Shown: positions 30,003 to 40,126, counted from the first letter of the stretch. The stretch: 64,000 nucleotides of DNA from an uncultured Gemmatimonadaceae bacterium (GCA_963761305.1 CAVXGK010000001.1:1024001-1088000), one strand, 5' to 3'. The notes: a model not told the origin generated them from the sequence alone. Numbers and translations: made by a program.

Positions 30003-33000
30003 TCACCAGGAGAAGTTGAAGGTCACGAGGAAACGCGTCAGCGGCGGAATCACGCCCTGATCGATCGCGGTGGGGCCGCCGTTCGTAGCCGCCGATTGCG
30101 CCGCGGCTTCGGGATCGATCCCGCCGTAGTTCGTCCACGTGTGGAGCTCGCGCGCGGCGAAGGTGATCGACGGGTTCGTGACCCGGAGGAAATGGGTCGG
30201 AATGAAGTATGTGGCCGAGAGCTCGCGCAGCTTCACGAACGACGCGTCCTCCATGAACTGGTCGACGTAGTTCCCGACCGCCGCGTTGAGCGAGGCGGCA
30301 GCGAGATACGTCGGCGAGTACTCGAGCGGGTAGTAGTTCGCGCGGCAGAGCGGCGCACCGGCCAGACCGTCGCAGCGAATCTCCTCGTTCTGATTCCACA
30401 GCTTGTTGCCCCGCCGTCCGTCGACCAGCGCGTACAGGCGCAGCGACTTGCCGATCATGAACGTGTTGCCGAGCGAAAACGTGGTCTTCGGCGTCGGCGT
30501 TCCGATGAAGACGAACGGCGCCGACGCGCAGGCGATGGCCGGCTTTCCGGCGCCTCCATCGCACAGCACGTTGGTCGCCAGGTTGGTGGTCGGATCGCGA
30601 TCGGCCGAGACGACGCGGCGCGACCAGAGCCCCCCGATCGGATAGCCCACGATGTTGTATTGTCCCGCGGCCGTGATCACGCTGGTGATGTTGCTCTTGA
30701 CCACGTCGTTGACGGTCGTGAGGTTGCCGTCGATCTCCCAATTGAAATTGCGCCGCGTGACGGCTTGCAGCCTGGCCTGCAACTCGATGCCGTCGTTGGT
30801 GACCTTGCCGAGGTTGATCAGCTGGCTTCCGGAAAACCCGGTCGACGGCGCGACCGGCTGGCTCACGATCTCGTTCTGGGTCGTCTTGTTATAGTACGTG
30901 AAATCGAGGCTCAAGCGATTGAACAGGCCGGCCTCGAACCCGAGCTCGGTCTCCGCCCCGCGTTCCGGTCGCAGATCCGGGTTGCCGAGACCGCCCGGCG
31001 TCACCGCGTTGGTGCCGTTGGGGCCGACCACCGGCGTGAACGTTTGTAGCGCCGAAAAGGCCGACGGCTGTCGCCCGGCCGCGCCGTACGCCGCGCGGAG
31101 ACGGAGCGTGTTGAATCGGTCGCTCCACTTCCAGAACGGCTCCTCGCTCACCACCCACGAGGCGCTGGCCTTGGGGTAGGTCACCCATTTGAAATCCTGG
31201 CCGAACGCGCTGTTGTTGTCTACGCGCACCGCGCCGGTGAGGAACAACCGATCGCGCCACGCGAATTCCTCCTGCGCGTAGCCGCCGATCGTCGTGTTGA
31301 TCGTCTGCGTTTGCGTCGCGGCAACCTGCGTCGCGGCAGCCGACACCGTTTCGACGCCCGACGCGGGGAAGCCCTGGCCGCCGAGGAAGCTCTGGTCGGC
31401 CTCCGAGTTGTTGTATTGACCACCGACCGACGTCGACGCAACCAGCGCGGATGTCAGTTGGGCTTTGGCGGTTCCTGAATAGTCCGCCGTAAACATCGTC
31501 GTGCGTCGCAACGTTTGACCGATGCTGCCGCCGGCCGCGGCGGGCGACAGGATCGCGGCCAACTGCGGCGGCGCGAAATGTTCGATCGCGCGGTCGTCCT
31601 GGTCGGTGTAGTCGATTCCCAACACGCCGCGCTGCGTGAACCAGCGCGTGAGCTGGTTGTTGACCGTCGTGCTCCCCGTGAACCGGTTGAGCCCCGTCGC
31701 GTTGTCGTAGAGCGTCTGGGGCACCGTGGCGGGAAAACCCGGGTAGAAACCCAGCGCCGCGCCGGGGAAGAGCAAAGAGTGTCCCGCCATGGCACCGAGC
31801 AAGGCGGAAGCACCGACATCCGCGCCCAGGTGCGTCGACATGTCGATGTAGTTGAGGCTCGTCGACACGTCGGTCGTCGTGCCGATCGGCGCGCTCAGGT
31901 TCACGTGCGCGTTGAGGTCGCGCTGCAGGTTGTTCGGCTCGACGCCGTAGTCGTTCTCGTAGCCGAGCGACGCGTAATAGCGGAGCTGATCGCCGCCACC
32001 GGTGACCGCCGTCGAGTAGTGGCGCTCGAGACCCGTCTTGAAGATCGGCGTCCCGCTGTCCGACATCGCCTGCACGCCGTTCCATGCGACGATGTTGCCC
32101 GACTTGTCTTTGTCGTAGTTGGTCGGGACGCGACTCGAGGCGTCGCGGAAGTCCATCGGACCTTCCGTGATGTCCGTGCGAATCTGTGAACCGCCCGATG
32201 AACCCTTCTTCGTGATGATCTGGATCACGCCGTTCGCCGCTTCCGTTCCATAGATCGTCGCCGCGGCCGGACCCTTGATGATCTCGATGCTCTCGATGTC
32301 CTCGGGGTTGATGTCGTTCATCCGGCTTTCGACGGGGTTACCTTGCGAGCCGAGACGGCCCGAGAGGCCGGTCGGCCCGAGGTTCGTCGTGTTGTTCACG
32401 CGCACGCCGTCGATGTAGATCAGCGGATTGTTCGTCAGACCGATGCTGCTCGGTCCGCGAATCTGGATCGTCGGGCCCGCCCCGATGCGACCGCTGATGG
32501 GCTGGATGTCGACGCCGGGCGCCCGCGATCGAAGAAGATTCGCGAGGTCAGGTGGCGACGCCTTGCTCATCTCGTCCGACGCGTCGATCGTCGACACGGC
32601 GTTGCCGATCGAGCGGCGTTCGCTCTCACCCGCCGTGCCCGTGACCACGACCTGATCGAGCGACACGGCGCTCGGCTGCAGCCCGACCTCGTGCGTCAGC
32701 GTCGTGCCCGCGGCGATCGTCACCGATTGCCGGTTCGACGCGAAGCCGAGGCGCAGCACCACGATCGTCCGCACACCCGACGGCACGCCGCCGAGTCGGA
32801 AGCGGCCATCGTCGCCGGTGATGGCGCCGAGCCGTGTGCCCTCGATTTGAACGCTCGCGCCGGGAACCACGCTACCTGACCGCGCGTCGGTTATGCGACC
32901 GACGATGGTGCCGGTTTGCACCTGCGCACTTGCGACGACCGGCGCCGCGACGAATCGCGCGACGGCGATCGCCAACGACGCCAGGATCAAGAGCCTGCGA

Positions 33001-33029
33001 CGCAGGCACTGATCAACGAGAGCTCGCAT
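30003..33029 (-). CDS. SusC/RagA family TonB-dependent transporter
   Basis: GGAGG RBS; LDQVVVTG TonB box; PLIYIDGV; DINPEDIESIEIIKGPAAATIYGTEAANGVI.I.TK; GNPDLRPE; terminal FSW. Confidence 0.95.
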   Translation of the reverse strand: MRALVDQCLRRRLLILASLAIAVARFVAAPVVASAQVQTGTIVGRITDARSGSVVPGASVQIEGTRLGAITGDDGRFRLGGVPSGVRTIVVLRLGFASNRQSVTIAAGTTLTHEVGLQPSAVSLDQVVVTGTAGESERRSIGNAVSTIDASDEMSKASPPDLANLLRSRAPGVDIQPISGRIGAGPTIQIRGPSSIGLTNNPLIYIDGVRVNNTTNLGPTGLSGRLGSQGNPVESRMNDINPEDIESIEIIKGPAAATIYGTEAANGVIQIITKKGSSGGSQIRTDITEGPMDFRDASSRVPTNYDKDKSGNIVAWNGVQAMSDSGTPIFKTGLERHYSTAVTGGGDQLRYYASLGYENDYGVEPNNLQRDLNAHVNLSAPIGTTTDVSTSLNYIDMSTHLGADVGASALLGAMAGHSLLFPGAALGFYPGFPATVPQTLYDNATGLNRFTGSTTVNNQLTRWFTQRGVLGIDYTDQDDRAIEHFAPPQLAAILSPAAAGGSIGQTLRRTTMFTADYSGTAKAQLTSALVASTSVGGQYNNSEADQSFLGGQGFPASGVETVSAAATQVAATQTQTINTTIGGYAQEEFAWRDRLFLTGAVRVDNNSAFGQDFKWVTYPKASASWVVSEEPFWKWSDRFNTLRLRAAYGAAGRQPSAFSALQTFTPVVGPNGTNAVTPGGLGNPDLRPERGAETELGFEAGLFNRLSLDFTYYNKTTQNEIVSQPVAPSTGFSGSQLINLGKVTNDGIELQARLQAVTRRNFNWEIDGNLTTVNDVVKSNITSVITAAGQYNIVGYPIGGLWSRRVVSADRDPTTNLATNVLCDGGAGKPAIACASAPFVFIGTPTPKTTFSLGNTFMIGKSLRLYALVDGRRGNKLWNQNEEIRCDGLAGAPLCRANYYPLEYSPTYLAAASLNAAVGNYVDQFMEDASFVKLRELSATYFIPTHFLRVTNPSITFAARELHTWTNYGGIDPEAAAQSAATNGGPTAIDQGVIPPLTRFLVTFNFSW

Positions 33030-33115
33030 CCGTTCCTCCGGTGATGGTAAGCACGACGACATCGATCTCATGACGAACCTCATGACGAACCTCACAACCA
33101 CACTTACGACGACAC

Positions 33116-34474
33116 TCATGACGAGAACGCCGGCTCCGCTCCGCGGCGGCGCGACCGCGCGCGCCACAGGTAGTAGACCGGCGTTCCCAGCAACACGACG
33201 GCGAGCCCGATCGCCGCCTGGCGCGTCTGCTCGTACAGCGTATTCGCGACGAGCAGCGCGGCGGCGAGCGCGAAGAGAATCGGTGTGACCGGATATCCGG
33301 GCGTGCGGAACGGCCGCACGGCGTTCGGCGCGTTGCGTCGCGACGCGAACACGGCGAGCGCGCCGAGCCCGTAGAAGATCCAGCCGGCGAACACGACGTA
33401 GGTGAGCAGCTGCTCGAACGTGCCGGTGAGCGCGAGGAGCACGGACCAGCAGGACAGCATCACGATCGCCGCCGCCGGCGTGCCGAATCGCTGGTTGACG
33501 GTCGCCAAACGCGCGAAGAAAAGACCGTCGCGCGCCATCGCGAAGTAAAGACGCGGCGCCGTCATCACCAGACCGTTCGTCGCGCTGAAGATCGACACCA
33601 GCGCGAGCACGCTGAGCAGCTTGCCCGACAGCGGGCCGAACGTCGCGGCGGTGGCGTCGGCGGCGACGTGTCCACTCTGCGCGGCCGCCGCTGGACCGAT
33701 CGCCGACACGTACCCCACGTTCGCCAGCAGGTACAGCACGATGAGCGCGAACGTCGCGACGCCGATGGCCCGCGGGAACACGCGCTGGGGATCGCGCGTC
33801 TCGCCGGCCGAGAAGGTCACGTACTGCCACCCTTCGTAGGCCCACAGCACGCCGATCATCGCCGCGCCGAACCCGGACATCACGCCGGTCGTGAGCGACG
33901 CCGGCCAGAGCGTCGAGCGCGCGGGCCACGCGTGACCCGCGACCGCGAGCGCGATCCCGATCAGCAGCAGCGCGCCGACCTTGATCGTCGTCGCCGAATT
34001 CTCGACTGTCGCGCTCTGGCGCGTGCCGCGCACGTTCAGGAACGTGATGACGACGATCATCAGCGTCGACGCGATCTTCGCGCTCGTAGGACCGAGCGGC
34101 ACCAGTTGACCGAGGTACGCCGAAAACGCGACGGCGAGCGTCGCCACCGAACCGCTGGCGATGACGAGGAAGCTCGCCCACCCATAAAGGAAGGCCGGCA
34201 GCTGGCCGAACGCGTCGCGAATGTAGGCGTACAGCCCGCCCGCTTCAGGCGTCACGGCGCCGAGCTCCGCGTACGTGAGCGCGCCGAGAAACGACACTAC
34301 GCCGCCGACGATCCACACGAGGAGGGCCACGCCGAGATGACCGCCGGTCTGCTTGAGCACGACGCCGGGCACGATGAAGATGCCCGACCCGATCACCGTG
34401 CCGAGCGTGAGCAGCAGCAGGTCGGTGAACCCGAGAGTGCGCCGCAGTCCGGCGTCGCTCGCCACGTCGCTCAC
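33116..34474 (-). CDS. APC family amino acid permease (LAT/SteT-like)
   Basis: GTVIGSGIF, YAELG...PEAGG.Y.Y, WAYEGW, PR.YFAMARDG; many TM helices; GTGA overlap. Confidence 0.93.
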   Translation of the reverse strand: MSDVASDAGLRRTLGFTDLLLLTLGTVIGSGIFIVPGVVLKQTGGHLGVALLVWIVGGVVSFLGALTYAELGAVTPEAGGLYAYIRDAFGQLPAFLYGWASFLVIASGSVATLAVAFSAYLGQLVPLGPTSAKIASTLMIVVITFLNVRGTRQSATVENSATTIKVGALLLIGIALAVAGHAWPARSTLWPASLTTGVMSGFGAAMIGVLWAYEGWQYVTFSAGETRDPQRVFPRAIGVATFALIVLYLLANVGYVSAIGPAAAAQSGHVAADATAATFGPLSGKLLSVLALVSIFSATNGLVMTAPRLYFAMARDGLFFARLATVNQRFGTPAAAIVMLSCWSVLLALTGTFEQLLTYVVFAGWIFYGLGALAVFASRRNAPNAVRPFRTPGYPVTPILFALAAALLVANTLYEQTRQAAIGLAVVLLGTPVYYLWRARSRRRGAEPAFSS

Positions 34475-35616
34475 ACCACCGCCAGGGTCGGGTCGCCGCG
34501 CACGACTTCGGCGCGCACGGTGAGCGATTCGATCATCGCGACGTCGACGTCGACACCGAGTCCGGCGCGGTCGCGCGGGACGGTGACCATGCCGTTCGCG
34601 TCCATCGTCCATTCGGGACTGACGATGTCGCGCGCCCAGTATCGCGCGCTCGGACTCAGATCGCCGGGGAGCGAGAAGTTCGGCAGCGACGCGAGCGCCA
34701 CGTTGTACGCCCGGCCGATGCCGCTCTCCAACATGCCGCCACACCACACCGGAACATTCGCGTCGCGGCACACGTCGTGGATGGCGATCGACGCCGCGAA
34801 CCCGCCGACGCGTCCCGGCTTGATGTTGATGATGCGCCCGCTGCCCAGTGCGATCATGTCGTGGGCGCGCGTGACGTCGATGATCGATTCATCCAGGCAG
34901 AGGGGCGTCTTCATGCGCCGCTGCAGCTCGGCCAGTTGCAGCAGCGCGTCGGCGCCGAGCGGCTGCTCGAGCATCAGGAGGTCGAAGGCGTCGAGCTCCG
35001 CGAGATGTTCCGCGTCGGCGATCGTGTAGGCCGCGTTCGCGTCGGCCATCAGCTCGACGTCGGGGCCGAGCGCCGCGCGCACCGCGTCGACGTACGCGAC
35101 GTCCTGTCCGGGTTGGATCTTGAGTTTGATCTTGCGATAGCCGTTGGCGACGGCGATCACGGCGCGTTCGACGAGAAGCTCCGGCGTCGGCTGGATGCCG
35201 AGCGAGATGCCGGTCGGCACCGCGTCGCGCGTCCCGCCCAGCAGGCTCGAGAGCGGCGTCCGCTCGAGCTCGGCGGCGAGTCCCCAGCACCCCATCTCGA
35301 GCGCGGCCTTGGCCATGTTGTGGCCGCGGATGTCGCGCGCGAGAATGTCGTGCACGGCGGATGGATGCGCCACGTCGCGTCCAATGAGGCGCGGCGCGAG
35401 CCACTCACGAATGGCCAGCCACGCCGTGTCGATCGTCTCGGGCGTGTAGTTCGGCCGGTCGAAGGCGACGCACTCGGACCACGTGCTGGCGCCGCTCTCG
35501 TCTTCCAGCTCGAGGAGCAGAATCCGCCGCGTCGAGGCGACGCCCGACGAGATGCGGAACGGCTCCTTGAGCGCGAGCTGGATTTCGCGAAGCGTCACGC
35601 GGGCGAGACGAAGCAT
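34471..35616 (-). CDS. menC: o-succinylbenzoate synthase / N-succinylamino acid racemase (NSAR/OSBS, enolase superfamily)
   Basis: KLK, DAN, EQP, DES, NIKPGRVGG, WCGGMLESG.GR, PGDLS.S motifs of the NSAR/OSBS subfamily. Confidence 0.92.
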   Translation of the reverse strand: MLRLARVTLREIQLALKEPFRISSGVASTRRILLLELEDESGASTWSECVAFDRPNYTPETIDTAWLAIREWLAPRLIGRDVAHPSAVHDILARDIRGHNMAKAALEMGCWGLAAELERTPLSSLLGGTRDAVPTGISLGIQPTPELLVERAVIAVANGYRKIKLKIQPGQDVAYVDAVRAALGPDVELMADANAAYTIADAEHLAELDAFDLLMLEQPLGADALLQLAELQRRMKTPLCLDESIIDVTRAHDMIALGSGRIINIKPGRVGGFAASIAIHDVCRDANVPVWCGGMLESGIGRAYNVALASLPNFSLPGDLSPSARYWARDIVSPEWTMDANGMVTVPRDRAGLGVDVDVAMIESLTVRAEVVRGDPTLAVV

Positions 35617-35692
35617 GCGCGGGGGGACGAGGACGGGGGTACGAGGAGGGGCGGCGCGAAACGCGAAAGGTGCGCCAATTGGATCGACCATC

Positions 35693-35704
35693 TTGGTATA
35701 CCAA
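35693..35704. promoter_or_regulatory. Perfect palindrome TTGGTATACCAA, putative GntR/FadR operator within the leftward promoter
   Basis: Minus strand reads TTGACG-17 bp-CAAGAT, with the palindrome in the spacer and -10 region; divergent from gntR. Confidence 0.75.
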
Positions 35705-35771
35705 CCCGCGAGCGTCAAGAGTCGTCACCGACGTCTTGCTCCTTCCCGCGGCCGCGCCTTACCATTCCAAT

Positions 35772-36569
35772 GTGCCTTCCCCCAAACCGCGCCGCGCCAA
35801 ACCGCGCGCAACCGCCGCCGCCGTCCCCCGCGAAGCGCCCGACAACGTCACGCGCGTTTACACCGAGCTCCGCTCCCTGATCATTTCCGGACAACTGCCG
35901 CCCGGCGCGCGCGTCGCCGAGCGAGCCGTCGTCGCCAGGATGGGGTTGAGCCGCACGCCCGTGCGGAGCGCCCTGCACCGTCTCCAACAGGAAGGATTCG
36001 TCGCGTCGGTCGGCCGAGCCGGCGACCAGCGGCTGATCGTCACCCCGCTGACGCGCGGCGACGGGCGCGAGGTCTTCCTCGTCGTCGGCCACCTCGAGGG
36101 ACTCGCGGCAAGCGAAGCGGCCTCGTTGCCGACCGACCAGCGGCGGCAGCTCGTGGGCCGGCTGCGCGAGGTGAATCGCGCGCTCTCGCTCGCCGCCAAA
36201 CGGAAAGCGTCGCCGGCGCGGCTGTTCGACCTCGACCTCCAGTTCCACGCCACGTACGTCGAGGGCGTCGCCGGCCCGCGCGTCGTCGCGCTCCATCGCG
36301 CGATCAAACCACAGAGCGAGCGGTACGCGCGTCTCTACGTGAACGTGCTGCTCGACGAGCTCCCGACGTCGGTCAAGGAGCACGAGGCGATCGCCACCGC
36401 GATCGCCAAGGGAGATCGGCGCGGCGCGCAGAACGCCGTCGAAACGAACTGGCAGAACGCCGCGCTGCGCCTCGCGGACGTCATCGCCGAGCACGGCGAA
36501 CGCGGTAGCTGGCACCTCTGGGACGGCAGCGCGCAGGGCAACGGCGCTCGTCTCTCCGAACGTCGCTAA
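35772..36569 (+). CDS. GntR family (FadR/FCD) transcriptional regulator
   Basis: I.SG.L.PG..V.E......GLSRTPVRSAL..L..EG; FH and EH..I..AI..GD; start codon uncertain. Confidence 0.93.
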   Translation: MPSPKPRRAKPRATAAAVPREAPDNVTRVYTELRSLIISGQLPPGARVAERAVVARMGLSRTPVRSALHRLQQEGFVASVGRAGDQRLIVTPLTRGDGREVFLVVGHLEGLAASEAASLPTDQRRQLVGRLREVNRALSLAAKRKASPARLFDLDLQFHATYVEGVAGPRVVALHRAIKPQSERYARLYVNVLLDELPTSVKEHEAIATAIAKGDRRGAQNAVETNWQNAALRLADVIAEHGERGSWHLWDGSAQGNGARLSERR

Positions 36570-36586
36570 TCAGCCCAGGAGATCGC

Positions 36587-39500
36587 ATGTCCCGTCGTCT
36601 CGTTCCGCTCCTCGCGGCGCTCGCCCTGCCCGCCATCGCGACGACGGCCGTCGCCCAGGGCACACGCCTGCTTCGCCATCCGGCGATCAACGGCAATTCG
36701 ATCGCCTTCGAGTACGGGGGCGACCTCTGGGTGGCGACGCGCGCCGGCGGCCAGGCTCGGCGTCTCACCGCCACGCCCGACGTCGAGACCGATCCGCACT
36801 TCTCGCCCGACGGATCGCAAATCGCCTTCACGCGCACGTCGAACGGCAACACCGACGTGTACGTCGTGCCGACGGCCGGCGGCGAGCCGGTTCGCCTCAC
36901 CTTCCATCCGGGCCCCGACCGCGCCATCGGCTGGACGCCCGACGGAAAACGCGTCGTCTTCGCCAGCGAGCGCGTGAGCGAGCCGCAGTCGTCGTACATG
37001 CGGATGTTCACCGTGCCCGCGACCGGCGGTTTCGAGGAGCCGATGCCGATGCCGCGCGCGTTCAGCGGCACGTACTCCCCCGACGGAAAACAGTTCGCCT
37101 ACGAAGAGATCTCGACGGCGTTCGTTCCGGAGTGGTACGAGATGAGCATGTGGCGCCATTACCGCGGCGGCCGCACGCATCCGATCAGCGTCATGGACCT
37201 CGCGTCGAACGCCGTGCAGAAGCTGCCGTGGCAGAACAGCAACGACACCGATCCGATGTGGGTCGGCAACACGGTCTACTTCCTCTCCGACCGCAACTAC
37301 ACGCGCAATCTCTTCTCGTACGACGTGGCGTCGAAGCAGGTCAAGCAGCTCACCCACCACGACGATGCCGACGTCATGACGGCGTCGGCCGGATCGGACG
37401 CGATCGTCTACGAGCAGAACGGCGTCATCCACCTGTTCGACATCAAGACGGGCCAGGCCAAACCGCTGACAATCGACGTCGTCGGCGACTTCCCGTGGGC
37501 GCGGCCGCAGTTCAAGCGCGTCGCGGCGATGATTCGCGACGCCAGCCTCTCGCCGACCGGCGTGCGCGCGGCGTTCGAAGCGCGCGGCGACATCTTCACC
37601 GTCCCCGCCGACAAGGGCGACTGGCGCAATCTGACGAAAACGCCCGGCGCGCACGATCGCGATCCGGTCTGGTCGCCCGACGGCGCGCAGCTCGCCTGGC
37701 TCTCCGACGCCAAGGGCAACGACGAGCTGATGATCGCCGAGCAGTCGGGGCTCACCGCTGCGCGCGCGGTCGCGCTTCCGGGCCCGGGATACTTCTCCGA
37801 TCTCGCCTGGTCGCCGAACGGCAAGACGCTGCTCGTCGACGACAACCATCTGAATCTCTGGACCATCGACGTCGCCACCGGCAAAGCGACGAAGCTCGAC
37901 GCGGATCTCTTCTACACGCCGGGACGCAACTTCGAAGCGGTGTGGTCGCCCGACTCGCGCTGGGTCGCCTACACAAAGAGTCTCGACAGCCATCTGCGCG
38001 CCGTGTTCGTGCGTTCGCTCGCCGAAGCGCAATCGCGCCAGCTCACCGACGCACTCGCCGACGCGATATCGCCGAGTTTCGACGCCAACGGCAAGTATCT
38101 CTACTTCCTCGCCAGCACCGACTACGGCCCGCGCTCGGCGTGGCTCGAGATGAGCGCCGTCGATCGGCCGTCGCGCCGCTCGGTGTATCTCGCGGTGCTC
38201 AACGCGAACGAGCCGTCGCCGCTGCTCCCCGAGGCCGGCGACGAGCCGGCCGGCGGCCCCGCGCCGACGCTCGCCGGTCACGCGAAGGCGGATTCGGTGC
38301 AGATCGACTTCGCGAACATCAACCAGCGCGTTTTGAGTCTCGACGTGCCCGCGGGCGACTACGACGGTCTCGCCGCCGGTCCGGCGGGCACGATCTTCTA
38401 TTCGGAAACGATCAACGAGGGCGGCAGCCGCACGAACGTCCGGTTGCAGCGCTATCAGCTTCGCTCCGCCGGCGCCGCCGCCCCGGCCGGCGCGTCGACG
38501 TTCCTCGAGAGTATTCGGTCGTTCACGCTCTCGGCCGACCGCAAGAAGTTGCTCTACTCGTCGGGACTCGGCCCGGGAGCGCGGTGGGGCATCGTGGCGA
38601 CGGACCGGCCCGCCAAGGTCGGCGACGGCGCGATCAACGTCGCGCAGCTCGAGAGCTGGGTCGATCCCCGCGCCGAGTGGGCCGAGATCTTCCGCGAAGC
38701 GCTGCAACAGCAGCACGAGTTCTTCTACGACGCCAAGCTGCACGGCGCTGACTGGAAGGCCGTCGCGGCGAAGTACGCGCCGCTCGTCCCCTTCGTGAAT
38801 CATCGCGCCGATCTCAGCTATCTGATGGCGCAGACCGGCGGCGAGCTGGTCGTCGGACACTCGTACATCTCGGGTCCGGGCGACATGCCCGGCGACGCGC
38901 CGGTGAGCGTCGGGCTTCTCGGTGCGGACTACGCGGTGGAGAACGGCCACTATCGCATCAAGCGCATCTTCAGCGGCGAGAACTGGAATCCCGACCTGCG
39001 CGCGCCGCTCAGCGCGCCGGGCATTCAGGTGAAGGACGGCGACTATCTGCTCGAGGTGAACGGCCGCCCAGTGGCTCCGCCGACGAACGTCTACTCGGTG
39101 TTCGAGGGCACGGCGGGCCACCAGATCGTAATTCGTGTCAACGACGCGCCGACGATGGAAGGATCGCACGTCGTGACGGTCGTTCCAGTGGCGAGCGAGG
39201 ATGGGTTGCGCACGCGCGCGTGGATCGAGGACAACCGCCGCAAGGTCGACGAGATGTCGCATGGGCGGCTGGCCTACGTGTGGCTCCCGAACACGTCGAT
39301 CCCCGGCTACAACGCGTTCACGCGCTACTTCTACTCGCAGCAGGGCAAGGAAGGCGCGGTGATCGACGAGCGTTACAACCACGGCGGGCTCGTCGCCGAC
39401 TACATCGTGAACGAGCTGGATCGCGTGCCGATGGGCTACTTCGCGATGCGCGACGGGCAGACGTGGTCGTCGCCGGCAGCCGGCATCTACGGTCCGAAGG

Positions 39501-39880
39501 TGATGATCGTCAACGAGTCGGCCGGGTCGGGCGGCGACGCGTTGCCGTACTACTTCCAACTGCGCCACATCGGCCCGCTCGTCGGCACGCGCACGTGGGG
39601 CGCGCTCGTCGGCACCCTCGGCGTGCCGCCGACGATGGACGGCGGCGGCATGACCGCGCCGGCGTTAGCGTTTTATGATCTGAACGGCCGGTGGGCGGTG
39701 GAGAACGAGGGCGTGACGCCGGAGGTCACGGTCGAGTACTCGGCCGACGCGGTGAACAAGGGCCACGACCCGCAGCTCGAGCGCGCGGTGCAGGAGGCGC
39801 TCAAGCTTCTCGAACAGCATCCGGTCAAACACATGCCGCGCCCCACGCCGATCGATCGCGTCAAGCCGCCGCAGCACTAG
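36587..39880 (+). CDS. S41 family tricorn protease (beta-propellers, PDZ, catalytic domain)
   Basis: RLLRHP, YRGG, GEL..GHSY, GLLGAD, IDERYNHGG, AGSGGD, GTRTWG, VENEGV.P, DPQLE. Confidence 0.95.
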   Translation: MSRRLVPLLAALALPAIATTAVAQGTRLLRHPAINGNSIAFEYGGDLWVATRAGGQARRLTATPDVETDPHFSPDGSQIAFTRTSNGNTDVYVVPTAGGEPVRLTFHPGPDRAIGWTPDGKRVVFASERVSEPQSSYMRMFTVPATGGFEEPMPMPRAFSGTYSPDGKQFAYEEISTAFVPEWYEMSMWRHYRGGRTHPISVMDLASNAVQKLPWQNSNDTDPMWVGNTVYFLSDRNYTRNLFSYDVASKQVKQLTHHDDADVMTASAGSDAIVYEQNGVIHLFDIKTGQAKPLTIDVVGDFPWARPQFKRVAAMIRDASLSPTGVRAAFEARGDIFTVPADKGDWRNLTKTPGAHDRDPVWSPDGAQLAWLSDAKGNDELMIAEQSGLTAARAVALPGPGYFSDLAWSPNGKTLLVDDNHLNLWTIDVATGKATKLDADLFYTPGRNFEAVWSPDSRWVAYTKSLDSHLRAVFVRSLAEAQSRQLTDALADAISPSFDANGKYLYFLASTDYGPRSAWLEMSAVDRPSRRSVYLAVLNANEPSPLLPEAGDEPAGGPAPTLAGHAKADSVQIDFANINQRVLSLDVPAGDYDGLAAGPAGTIFYSETINEGGSRTNVRLQRYQLRSAGAAAPAGASTFLESIRSFTLSADRKKLLYSSGLGPGARWGIVATDRPAKVGDGAINVAQLESWVDPRAEWAEIFREALQQQHEFFYDAKLHGADWKAVAAKYAPLVPFVNHRADLSYLMAQTGGELVVGHSYISGPGDMPGDAPVSVGLLGADYAVENGHYRIKRIFSGENWNPDLRAPLSAPGIQVKDGDYLLEVNGRPVAPPTNVYSVFEGTAGHQIVIRVNDAPTMEGSHVVTVVPVASEDGLRTRAWIEDNRRKVDEMSHGRLAYVWLPNTSIPGYNAFTRYFYSQQGKEGAVIDERYNHGGLVADYIVNELDRVPMGYFAMRDGQTWSSPAAGIYGPKVMIVNESAGSGGDALPYYFQLRHIGPLVGTRTWGALVGTLGVPPTMDGGGMTAPALAFYDLNGRWAVENEGVTPEVTVEYSADAVNKGHDPQLERAVQEALKLLEQHPVKHMPRPTPIDRVKPPQH

Positions 39881-39935
39881 GCTCGGTCTGCGCGAACAGC
39901 CGCTCGGGAAGCCATAACGATTTTGAAACTGAAAA

Positions 39936-40056
39936 AAACGGACTGAAACGGAAACCAACAGAAAAAAAGGACTTTGGTGGAACTGCGATCGAGCGGGCTT
40001 CGTATCGCAGTTCCACCAATTCTTTTTCTTCCCGTTTGTTTCCGTTCAATCCGTTT
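39936..40056. repeat. Palindromic intergenic element, copy 4 (different outer arms, related core)
   Basis: Perfect 16-bp stem TTGGTGGAACTGCGAT / ATCGCAGTTCCACCAA extended by AAACGGA..AACGGAAAC arms; lies between convergent genes. Confidence 0.85.
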
Positions 40057-40126
40057 GTGTCTTGTTCCCCCTGGTCATCCCGCCCGCGCCACGCCGATCC
40101 AAAACGCCCACGCGAGACCGGCAGAC

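Noticed and set aside
33067..33126. 12-bp degenerate tandem repeat (CTCATGACGAAC-like, about 5 units) between the permease and susC
   Set aside because: Short and decayed, consistent with slippage; no supportable function.
30003..34181. Apparent 1392-aa SusC, and similarly extended ORFs (2169-5189, 27121-29517, 40127-42898, 55880-56488)
   Set aside because: The extensions overlap other real genes in another frame. Internal starts with an RBS or stop/start overlap explain them, so they are not fusions.
34471..35616. Menaquinone biosynthesis cluster
   Set aside because: No other men genes are present. The context (COG3375 GNAT, amino acid permease, peptidases) favours the racemase role.
36566..39568. 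1000-aa minus-strand ORF, and similar long antisense ORFs (2532-4970, 28710-31049, 43322-45256, 49327-51528)
   Set aside because: They are shadow frames of well-supported genes. High GC makes stop codons scarce, and the translations show no family motifs.
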